A model generated the notes under the pieces. That model worked only from the letters and a program-made list of their open reading frames with translations. It did not search any database and was not told the origin of the DNA. Shown here one piece after another: positions 9,965 through 16,542 of a stretch of DNA of 51,631 bases. The translations under genes and the position numbers were made by a program. The DNA is from Minisyncoccota bacterium (GTDB lineage: Bacteria > Patescibacteriota > Minisyncoccia > Phycocordibacterales > JAQTLZ01): assembly GCA_028710915.1 (NCBI GenBank), contig JAQTTF010000001.1:1-51631 (forward strand), read 5' to 3'. Positions within the stretch are counted from its first letter, which is position 1, and every line of letters starts with the position of its first letter.

Positions 9965-10780
9965 CTAGTTGGATGAAGCAGGAATCTGATCTTTAATAAG
10001 ATTTACCGGAGTATAAGTGTTGCGAGAAGTCGTCCCATCGCCGACGAGATGAATACCGATGATTTCTCCTGAAAGATTCAAGAGATAGTATCCTGAAGCC
10101 CCGTCATCTGGATTCAAATTTGTTTTAATAAGAGAAGGAATCTTTGGTACTGTTTTTGCTTTTTCTGCATCAGGATTATCTATCATAGTAATTCCAGAGA
10201 TCACTCCGACGCCGACGACATTTCCGGTATCATTTGCTCCGAGAGAGATCACTGTTTGCCCAAGGCGAATAGTGTTTGAATCAGACAAGATCGCGGGATT
10301 AAAAACATATTTATCTTTTGAGCTATCTCCCGCAGTTTTGAAGAGAGACACTGCTTTCCCTGTAGTCTGCATAGCAAGAATAGGATATGACTTTCCATCA
10401 GAAAACACGGCGCTGAATTTGCCATTTGGGTTAAAAGCAATATTGTCCGAAAGAATCAAGCCATCTTTTGAAACAACGAGTCCAAGTTGTGAAAATGAAG
10501 GAACATCTGCGTCTTTGATATGCACAAGACTTTTGGAATCCTGATTTACAGCGGAAACAATCAAATCTTCCTCGGTTACAGGAACTTCTTTTGTAACGAT
10601 AGTAGGCTGGCCTGGAACAACTTTTTCAACTGTCGTCTGGACAACTCTGTTGATAGTCTGGGTAACGCCCGGAGGAGCCTGATCCAAAAGCGAAACCGTA
10701 ACGATACCAGTCGCAATTGAAGTAATAAAACTCACTAGAAGAGTGAGAAGGATAATTTGTGATTTGGTGAGTTCTTCCAT
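9965..10780 (-). CDS. Membrane-anchored trypsin/HtrA-like domain protein, probably catalytically degenerate
   Basis: N-terminal TM helix. The C-terminal GASGYYLLNLSGEIIGIHL resembles the HtrA motif GNSGGPLLN..G.VIGIN. The position of the HtrA catalytic His reads LILSDNIAF. Confidence 0.5.
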   Translation of the reverse strand: MEELTKSQIILLTLLVSFITSIATGIVTVSLLDQAPPGVTQTINRVVQTTVEKVVPGQPTIVTKEVPVTEEDLIVSAVNQDSKSLVHIKDADVPSFSQLGLVVSKDGLILSDNIAFNPNGKFSAVFSDGKSYPILAMQTTGKAVSLFKTAGDSSKDKYVFNPAILSDSNTIRLGQTVISLGANDTGNVVGVGVISGITMIDNPDAEKAKTVPKIPSLIKTNLNPDDGASGYYLLNLSGEIIGIHLVGDGTTSRNTYTPVNLIKDQIPASSN

Positions 10781-10812
10781 GTGTCTCTATAGTATCAGGT
10801 TTCGGCAGAATT

Positions 10813-11973
10813 TCAATTCAAGATTTTAGAGAGAATTTTCAAGACATTATCAAGTTCTGTTTTTACTGTTTCCCTGCCAAGCGTAAATCGAAGCGAAGAT
10901 CTTTCACATCCCTTTTTATCTGGTAAAGCGCCGATAACATATGAAAAAGGATTTTCGGAAAGATTGTTGCAGGCACTTGTTGAAGAACAAGCGATTCCCG
11001 CTTCATCAAGCTTGATGACTGCAAATTCAGCGTCGAGTTCTGGGAAACAAATATTTACATTATTCGGAAGGCGGCGGACTTGGTCGCCATTTAGAGTCAC
11101 CTTTGGAAACTTTTTTAAAATTTCGGCAATAAGGAAATCGCGCAAACCGGTTAGGCGCGCAGATTCGCTTGAGCGAATCTGCGCGCACTTCTCGAGTGCC
11201 TTTGCCATTCCCACGATCCCCGGAACATTTTCAGTCCCCGATCTGACTCCCACCTCCTGCCCCCCGCCGAAAAGGATCGGCTCAATTGAAACTTCTTTTT
11301 TCTTGTACAAAACTCCGACTCCTTTTGGTCCGTATATTTTTGAACCATCGAGTGTCATCAGGGAAACGCCGAGCGAATCTACTTTAAGCGGCAAATAATT
11401 TGCCGCTTGCGACGCATCAGTATGAAATGCAATTTTCACGCCGTAATCTTTTTGAAATTGTCGGATCAGTCGAGCAATTTCAGAAATCGGCTGGATTGTT
11501 CCAATTTCATTGTTTGCATACATCACTGACACAAGTATCGTATTTTTTTGAAGTACCTTTGCAATATCTTTCGGATTCACAATTCCATTTTCAGAAACTG
11601 GTACATATGTAATTTCTCCGCCTTCTTTTTCAATTTGCTTGCACACTTCGAGAATCGAAGGATGTTCAATAACACTTGTGATAACATGCGGTTTTGAAAT
11701 TTTCTTTTTCGCAGATCGAAAAACTCCAAGAAGCGCCATATTATTCGCTTCTGTCCCGCCGGAAGTAAAAATAATTTCTTCTGCTCGCACCCCAAATTCT
11801 CCTCCGATAGATTTTCGAGCATCCGCCACAGCTTTCTTTGCCGAAACTCCTCCAGTATAAAGGGAAGAAGGATTCTCAAAATTCTCCGAGAAAAACGGCT
11901 TCATAGCTTCAAAAACCTCTTTGTCGAGAGGAGTTGTGGAGGCATAATCGAGATATATGCGTTTTTTATTCAT
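10813..11973 (-). CDS. Cysteine desulfurase (NifS/IscS class V aminotransferase)
   Basis: Motifs TSGGTEANN and HTDASQA, PLP lysine in SKIYGPKGVGVLY, RSGTENV, and active-site Cys in SSTSACNN. The ATG at 11973 (MNKKRIYLDYAS) is preferred over 11991. Confidence 0.9.
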   Translation of the reverse strand: MNKKRIYLDYASTTPLDKEVFEAMKPFFSENFENPSSLYTGGVSAKKAVADARKSIGGEFGVRAEEIIFTSGGTEANNMALLGVFRSAKKKISKPHVITSVIEHPSILEVCKQIEKEGGEITYVPVSENGIVNPKDIAKVLQKNTILVSVMYANNEIGTIQPISEIARLIRQFQKDYGVKIAFHTDASQAANYLPLKVDSLGVSLMTLDGSKIYGPKGVGVLYKKKEVSIEPILFGGGQEVGVRSGTENVPGIVGMAKALEKCAQIRSSESARLTGLRDFLIAEILKKFPKVTLNGDQVRRLPNNVNICFPELDAEFAVIKLDEAGIACSSTSACNNLSENPFSYVIGALPDKKGCERSSLRFTLGRETVKTELDNVLKILSKILN

Positions 11974-12079
11974 TACAGCACAATATAGCAAACCACTGTC
12001 AATTTTCCCAATTTTCTGTATAATTTCCTGCTATACGTGAACGCTATTGCGATGACGAAAATACGCCCAAATATCTACC

Positions 12080-13582
12080 ATGAAGCCCGAAAAGAACAAC
12101 ACAATAGTTCGCCCGCCTGTTATTGCAATAATGGGTCATATTGATCATGGGAAATCCACTCTCCTCGACTACATTCGAAAATCAAACATCGTAGATAAAG
12201 AAGCCGGTGGAATCACCCAGCACGTCGGTGCATACGAAGTGGTTCACAAGGCAAAAGACGGCAAAGAAAGCAAAATCACTTTTCTCGACACTCCAGGTCA
12301 TGCTGCATTCACTGGCATCCGCTCTCGCGGAGTGCGAGTGGCTGACATTGCTGTGCTTGTTGTATCTGCGGAAGATGGGGTAAAAGCACAGACGATCGAA
12401 GCACTCAAAACAATTCAGGCGGAAGAAATCCCTTACATTATTGCAATAACAAAGATAGACAAGCCAAACGCAAACATAGAGCTCGCAAAGCAGAGCATGG
12501 CAACAAACGAAATCTACGTGGAGGGATACGGCGGTTCTATCCCCTGTGTTCCAATATCTGCAAAAACTGGAGAAGGAGTCCCTGAGCTTCTCGATATGAT
12601 GCTTCTCGTCGCGGAAATGGAAGAATTGAAAACTGACATAACAAAACCAGCAGAAGGAGTTATCCTTGAAAGCAATCTAGATCCAAAGAAAGGAATTTCA
12701 GCTACGCTCATACTCACTGATGGCACGCTCAAAAGCGGCTCATACGTCGTATCGGGGCAAAGCAGTGCTCCGGTTCGCATTATGGAAAATTTCGCCGGAG
12801 TAAAAATTGCCGAAGCATCTGCGCCCAGTCCTGTAAAAATAATCGGCTGGAGCGAGATGCCCCAGATCGGCGAACTTTTCAAAACAGTAGAGAGTAAAAA
12901 AGAAGCGGAGCAAATCGCGCTTGAATTCAAAGAAAAAATGGATTCAATTCCAGAGAAAAAAGAAGAGTTGAACGACAAACTTGAAATCCCCCTTGTCGTA
13001 AAAGCTGATGTATCTGGAAGCTTGGAAGCAATTCAAGGAGAAATCGCAAAAATCCCCCAAGAAAAAGTAAAATTGAAGATTATTCAAAGCGGGATCGGCA
13101 CAATTTCTGAAAGCGATGTGAAGGTGGCGAACGGAAGCGCGGGCTCAATCCTCATCGGCTTCAGTGTAAAGATTGATTCACAGGCAGAGAGCTTGCGAGA
13201 AAGACTCGGAGTACAGATGCAGATGTTCGACATCATTTATAAACTCGTCGAATACCTCGAAGAAACAGTTAAGACAAGAACTCCCAAAGTAATGACCGAA
13301 GAAGCAACCGGCCGAGCGAAAATTATGAAGACATTTAGTCGAAACAAAGATCGCCAGATTGTCGGTGGAAAAGTAGAAACGGGAGAAATCAGAACTGGAA
13401 AGGAAGTAAAAATCTTACGCAGAGATGTCGAAATCGGAAGAGGAAGAATCAAAGAACTCCAACAGCAAAAAGCGAAAGCAACAGAGATCCGCGAAGGATA
13501 CGAATTTGGAGCAGACATAGAAGCAAAAATCGAGATAGCTCCGGGAGACCGGGTAGAATGTTTTGACGTTGTAGAAAAATAA
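12080..13582 (+). CDS. infB: Translation initiation factor IF-2 (short form, G domain at the N-terminus)
   Basis: Motifs GHIDHGKSTL, DTPGHAAF and TKIDK, plus IF-2 C-terminal domains. It is followed by rbfA. Confidence 0.9.
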   Translation: MKPEKNNTIVRPPVIAIMGHIDHGKSTLLDYIRKSNIVDKEAGGITQHVGAYEVVHKAKDGKESKITFLDTPGHAAFTGIRSRGVRVADIAVLVVSAEDGVKAQTIEALKTIQAEEIPYIIAITKIDKPNANIELAKQSMATNEIYVEGYGGSIPCVPISAKTGEGVPELLDMMLLVAEMEELKTDITKPAEGVILESNLDPKKGISATLILTDGTLKSGSYVVSGQSSAPVRIMENFAGVKIAEASAPSPVKIIGWSEMPQIGELFKTVESKKEAEQIALEFKEKMDSIPEKKEELNDKLEIPLVVKADVSGSLEAIQGEIAKIPQEKVKLKIIQSGIGTISESDVKVANGSAGSILIGFSVKIDSQAESLRERLGVQMQMFDIIYKLVEYLEETVKTRTPKVMTEEATGRAKIMKTFSRNKDRQIVGGKVETGEIRTGKEVKILRRDVEIGRGRIKELQQQKAKATEIREGYEFGADIEAKIEIAPGDRVECFDVVEK

Positions 13583-13585
13583 ATC

Positions 13586-13912
13586 ATGGCTGAATTTCGA
13601 GACGAAAAAATCATAGCGATCATTAAAGAAGCCGGCGCACAATTTCTGGCGCAGGAATCAACTCGTGCTTCCCTTCTCACTGTTACTAAAGTAGATCTCT
13701 CAACAGATGGGAAACGAGCAATAATTTACTTCACTGCTTTCCCTACCGACAAAGAGGAAACGGCGCTTCTCTTTGCAAAGCGAAAGCGAAAAGATTTTCA
13801 AGAATTTATGCGCGAGAAAACAAGCCTCGGACGAATGCCCTTATTTGATTTTGCAATTGATGAAGGAGAGAAGAATCGCCAGAAGATCGACTCCTTATCG
13901 CAAAAAATCTAA
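13586..13912 (+). CDS. rbfA: Ribosome-binding factor A
   Basis: 108 aa, located immediately after infB. Has the RbfA-like pattern (LLTVTKVDLSTDGKRAIIYF). Confidence 0.75.
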   Translation: MAEFRDEKIIAIIKEAGAQFLAQESTRASLLTVTKVDLSTDGKRAIIYFTAFPTDKEETALLFAKRKRKDFQEFMREKTSLGRMPLFDFAIDEGEKNRQKIDSLSQKI

Positions 13913-13944
13913 AAAATGTTACACTAAACGAGTCGTATTTATAC

Positions 13945-14019
13945 GGCCACGTAGCCAAGTGGTAAGGCAGAGATCTGCAAAATCTCTATGCGGCGGTTCA
14001 ATTCCGCCCGTGGCCTCCA
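13945..14019 (+). tRNA. tRNA-Cys (GCA), CCA encoded
   Basis: Acceptor GGCCACG/CGTGGCC. Anticodon arm GAGAT-CTGCAAA-ATCTC. T arm GGCGG-TTCAATT-CCGCC. Ends in TCCA. Confidence 0.9.
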
Positions 14020-14023
14020 TAAT

Positions 14024-14113
14024 GCCCGGGTGGCGAAATTGGTAGACGCAGAGGACTTAAAATCCTCGGCCCTTTAAAAAGGCATGTGGGTTCGATTCCC
14101 ACCCCGGGCACCA
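14024..14113 (+). tRNA. tRNA-Leu (TAA), CCA encoded
   Basis: Acceptor GCCCGGG/CCCGGGC. Anticodon arm GAGGA-CTTAAAA-TCCTC. Long variable arm. T arm GTGGG-TTCGATT-CCCAC. Lies 4 nt after tRNA-Cys. Confidence 0.9.
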
Positions 14114-14149
14114 ATGAAAAGAAGTACCTTGGGTACTTCTTTTCATTGG
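14111..14149 (+). other. Long hairpin starting at the CCA of tRNA-Leu(TAA)
   Basis: CCAATGAAAAGAAGTACC-ttg-GGTACTTCTTTTCATTGG. Confidence 0.75.
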
Positions 14150-14151
14150 CT

Positions 14152-14164
14152 GGTGGGAATCGAA
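14152..14164 (+). other. 13-nt block perfectly antisense to the T arm of the preceding tRNA-Leu(TAA)
   Basis: GGTGGGAATCGAA is the exact reverse complement of TTCGATTCCCACC at 14091-14103. Confidence 0.8.
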
Positions 14165-14191
14165 AGACGGAAGCGCTTGGCGCTGAGTCGG

Positions 14192-14228
14192 GGTCGCGGA
14201 ATTTTTCAGTAGAAAAATATCCGTGACC
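14192..14228. repeat. GGTC...GACC AT-rich hairpin repeat (copy B1)
   Basis: GGTCGCGGAATTTTTC-agta-GAAAAATATCCGTGACC. Confidence 0.7.
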
Positions 14229-14254
14229 GATTCCCATTTCGAAGACTAAAGGGG

Positions 14255-14299
14255 AAACCAATCGGGGTACTGACCCTGTAAGGGTCGATATCTTTCCCC
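14255..14299 (+). ncRNA. tRNA-linked conserved RNA core motif, copy B
   Basis: AAACCAATCGGGGTACTG-GACCC-tgtaa-GGGTC-GATATCTTTCCCC. AATCGG (14260-14265) can pair with CCGATT (14227-14232). Confidence 0.6.
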
Positions 14300-14360
14300 C
14301 TATGAGTTTGTCAGAACACTTTTTTTCTGTTATTGTTTTTGAGTTTCCAGGATTTGTCAT

Positions 14361-14405
14361 GGTCAGGAATAATTTCAATTCCGTCGAATTGAAATTTCCC
14401 CGACC
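14361..14405. repeat. GGTC...GACC AT-rich hairpin repeat (copy B2)
   Basis: GGTCAGGAATAATTTCAATTC-cgtc-GAATTGAAATTTCCCCGACC. Its left arm matches the reverse complement of the right arm of copy A. Confidence 0.7.
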
Positions 14406-14496
14406 CGGCCTCACCTATTTTTCTTGTTAGAAAAATATGGTTCCGGCTTGCACAAGTCCACAAAAACTTAAAGCAGTTTAAGTTTTTGAGCATTAT

Positions 14497-14569
14497 GCAC
14501 CCATAGCTCAGCTGGTAGAGCAGATCCCTCTTAAGGATAAGGTCGTAGGTTCGATCCCTACTGGGTGCA
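14497..14569 (+). tRNA. tRNA-Lys (CTT), no encoded CCA
   Basis: Acceptor GCACCCA/TGGGTGC. Anticodon loop CTCTTAA. T arm GTAGG-TTCGATC-CCTAC. Discriminator A, followed by CAA. Confidence 0.85.
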
Positions 14570-14614
14570 CAACTTTGAAAAATCTTCACTGCTGAAGATT
14601 TTTCAAAGTTGTGC
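14567..14614 (+). other. Long hairpin that includes the last 3 nt of tRNA-Lys
   Basis: GCACAACTTTGAAAAATCTTCA-ctgc-TGAAGATTTTTCAAAGTTGTGC, a perfect 22-bp stem. Confidence 0.8.
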
Positions 14615-14658
14615 AAGACGGAGGTATGTTTTGCGAGTACGCAAAACAACCGAGTCGG

Positions 14659-14703
14659 GGTCGCGAAAATTTTTACTCGACGGAGTAAAAATTATTTGTG
14701 ACC
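14659..14703. repeat. GGTC...GACC AT-rich hairpin repeat (copy C)
   Basis: GGTCGCGAAAATTTTTACTC-gacg-GAGTAAAAATTATTTGTGACC. Confidence 0.7.
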
Positions 14704-14710
14704 ACAACAA

Positions 14711-14751
14711 AAAATCCAATCGGGATACTGTTCTCGTAGAGAAAGATTCCC
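14711..14751 (+). ncRNA. tRNA-linked conserved RNA core motif, copy C
   Basis: AAAATCCAATCGGGATACTG-TTCTC-gta-GAGAA-AGATTCCC. Confidence 0.6.
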
Positions 14752-14785
14752 AGGTGGACGCACCGAGTAAAACAACATCATAAAT

Positions 14786-14867
14786 GCCGGGGTGGCGAAA
14801 TTGGCAGACGCACTTGCCTTAGGAGCAAGCGGAGTAATCCATGGAGGTTCAAGTCCTCTCCCCGGCA
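14786..14867 (+). tRNA. tRNA-Leu (TAG), no encoded CCA
   Basis: Acceptor GCCGGGG/CCCCGGC. Anticodon arm CTTGC-CTTAGGA-GCAAG. Long variable arm. T arm GGAGG-TTCAAGT-CCTCT. Confidence 0.9.
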
Positions 14868-14912
14868 CAAATTAAAAAACTAGCACTTAAGTGCTAGTTT
14901 TTTAATTTGTGC
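14865..14912 (+). other. Long hairpin that includes the last 3 nt of tRNA-Leu(TAG)
   Basis: GCACAAATTAAAAAACTAGCAC-ttaa-GTGCTAGTTTTTTAATTTGTGC, a perfect 22-bp stem. A second hairpin lies at 14917-14938 (GTAAGTGCC-aaaa-GGCACTTAC). Confidence 0.8.
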
Positions 14913-14940
14913 GGGAGTAAGTGCCAAAAGGCACTTACGT

Positions 14941-15093
14941 GAGAGGACTTGAAGCCCGATTGAGCATTTTTTCTAGCTCTACCAAGCGAAGAAAAAATCC
15001 AATCGGGGTACTGCTCCTGTAAGGAGAAAGATTCTCCTTCCGATCGACAAGAAGATCGAAAAGTACCGGGCGTAGCCGACAAGTCCTCTCCCG
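14941..15093 (+). ncRNA. tRNA-linked structured element, copy D (closed domain containing the core motif at 14994-15038)
   Basis: GAGAGGACTTGAA (14941-14953) is the exact antisense of tRNA T arm 14848-14860. GAGAGGACTTG also pairs with CAAGTCCTCTC at 15080-15090. Inner helices are CCCGATTG/CAATCGGG (14955-62/15000-07) and ATTTTTTCT/AGAAAAAAT (14966-74/14990-98). The core reads AAAATCCAATCGGGGTACTG-CTCC-tgtaa-GGAG-AAAGATTCTCC. Confidence 0.6.
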
Positions 15094-15169
15094 CTTTCTA
15101 CTGCCCAGTCAACAACTCCTTTTCCTATTCTATCCTTAAACCAAGCCACCAAATCGAGTATTCTCTAGG

Positions 15170-15198
15170 TTGACAAATGCTTGTTTATATGATAGTAT
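15170..15198 (+). promoter_or_regulatory. Sigma-70-type promoter for the 15292 gene
   Basis: TTGACA (15170-15175), a 17-nt spacer, then TAGTAT (15193-15198). Confidence 0.5.
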
Positions 15199-15291
15199 AC
15201 AGGTAGAGGAGTCGTGTGATTCCTGCTTGTACATTCAAATCGTCATTACCGGGTTTGAAAAACCCAGAAACCAAACGGAGGCAAGAAGATC

Positions 15292-16116
15292 ATGGAGACT
15301 TTGCTGGATGTCTTGGGTATCATCGCTCTTGTGCTGTTCATCCTGACAGTATTGGGTGTGATAGACAAAGAGAGCTGGAAACAGTTCGGAGGGTGGGCAT
15401 GGGCAAAGACCCCCCCGATTGCGCGATGGGCGCTGTTCGCGGTCATAATCATCGGCCTTTACGGGCTCTGCGCGTTCAATGGCACTTACGAGAGGTTGTC
15501 ATGGGATGCCAGAACTCGAATCTTCTTCTTCTTACTATCGATACCAATTGCTTTCATAATTGGTAGCGCTGGTAGCGGAGCAGGAGCGCCGGCAGGACAC
15601 GGCGGGCATGGAGGAGGACACGGCGGCGGAGGGAGCAACAAAAATTGGGCACTCATCCTCCTTGCACTGGGGGTCGTCATTGTTGCGTGGATGGGGGTGG
15701 TTAACGCCCCTGGAATTGTGCAGGCAGTGAACCCTACTACGGTAAGCCCCAAAAAAGCGGCCGGTCAGAAAGCAAGCGCTGGGAACACAACACAAGTTAT
15801 AGTTTCCCAGAAGCCGCCGGAAGGTCCAGAAAATATGGCTCCAGTCCCAGTCGAGCCGGGAACAATGAGTGAAGTGTTTCCTGTCTCTACGAAAGACATC
15901 ATGTATTGGATTTATCTCCACAAGCGCTCCGACAATGGCCACGTATCCCTCATTCTATACAATGGGAAGTGGACCAAAAGCGGCAAGTATGTTGCTGATC
16001 TGAGCCACAAGGAAGTCTGCGACTCGGGTAGCGCTGAATTTCCAAGACTACCTTTCGTACAATTAGATAATACGAAGGGGAGAGGAAGTGTGGACCTGGG
16101 GTGGAACAAAAACTGA
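15292..16116 (+). CDS. Multi-TM membrane protein with a Gly/His-rich loop, function unknown (GC-rich island)
   Basis: GGAGG lies 10 nt upstream of the ATG. About 4 TM helices, the loop GSGAGAPAGHGGHGGGHGGGGSN, and a soluble C-terminal domain of about 130 aa. Confidence 0.6.
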   Translation: METLLDVLGIIALVLFILTVLGVIDKESWKQFGGWAWAKTPPIARWALFAVIIIGLYGLCAFNGTYERLSWDARTRIFFFLLSIPIAFIIGSAGSGAGAPAGHGGHGGGHGGGGSNKNWALILLALGVVIVAWMGVVNAPGIVQAVNPTTVSPKKAAGQKASAGNTTQVIVSQKPPEGPENMAPVPVEPGTMSEVFPVSTKDIMYWIYLHKRSDNGHVSLILYNGKWTKSGKYVADLSHKEVCDSGSAEFPRLPFVQLDNTKGRGSVDLGWNKN

Positions 16117-16147
16117 AACTGAAGGTATAATGACGATTCAAGCAATG

Positions 16148-16178
16148 GGCGGAGAAAGACACTATGTCTCTCTCCGCC
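16148..16178 (+). terminator. Terminator of the 15292-16116 gene
   Basis: GGCGGAGA...TCTCCGCC stem, followed by a T-rich tract. Confidence 0.6.
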
Positions 16179-16210
16179 TATTATGTTTCTCTTTTTTTAT
16201 ATTCAACAGA

Positions 16211-16237
16211 AAACGCCCCACTTAAAGCAGGGCGTTT
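16211..16237 (-). terminator. Terminator downstream of the 16252-16491 gene
   Basis: AAACGCCC...GGGCGTTT stem, with a T-run on the minus strand. Confidence 0.6.
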
Positions 16238-16251
16238 CCAAAGAAAAAATA

Positions 16252-16491
16252 CTAGAAATTAAGACTTGCCTTAATGATATTTTTAATGACAATAGCCGCA
16301 GTCATAATGAAAAGTCCGATAAGACCCCACATAATATGCTTGGCACCGACACTTCTTGCTTCTTCATCGTCAGACTTCCAAACAAATATTACAACTCCGT
16401 AGACAAATATCACCACCGCAACACCAAACAATAGCGTGATGATAGGATTAAGAACAACCCTCTCTATATTGGCAATTATTGGTACTTGCAT
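16252..16491 (-). CDS. Small two-TM pilin-like protein (TrbC/VirB2-like topology), paralog 1
   Basis: 79 aa. Two hydrophobic helices are separated by the charged loop KSDDEEARSVG. Confidence 0.6.
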   Translation of the reverse strand: MQVPIIANIERVVLNPIITLLFGVAVVIFVYGVVIFVWKSDDEEARSVGAKHIMWGLIGLFIMTAAIVIKNIIKASLNF

Positions 16492-16508
16492 AGATAAATT
16501 TAATAAGG

Positions 16509-16532
16509 AAAAGAGCTCGCGAGAGCTCTTTT
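16509..16532 (-). terminator. Palindromic terminator between pilin-like paralogs
   Basis: AAAAGAGCTC-gcga-GAGCTCTTTT. Confidence 0.6.
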
Positions 16533-16542
16533 CGCTTCTAGA

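Noticed and set aside
13998-14783. ORFs of 72-138 aa overlapping the tRNA cluster and its spacers
   Set aside because: They run through tRNA genes and hairpin repeats on either strand and have no ribosome sites. The region is better explained as non-coding RNA.
14941-15093. The tRNA-linked elements as degenerate tRNA genes or pseudogenes
   Set aside because: They contain an anticodon-arm-like hairpin with GUA in the loop and a T-loop-like GAUUC. However, I could not fold any copy into a cloverleaf with acceptor, D and T stems. I kept them as a new motif rather than as tRNA pseudogenes.
16148-16178. GTCTCTCTCCGCC as a right-hand direct repeat of the tRNA-Leu(UAG) 3' end, which would bracket the 15292 gene as an integrated element
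   Set aside because: Only about 10 of 15 positions match the tRNA segment, and the sequence is also one arm of an ordinary terminator hairpin. That is not enough to claim an att site.
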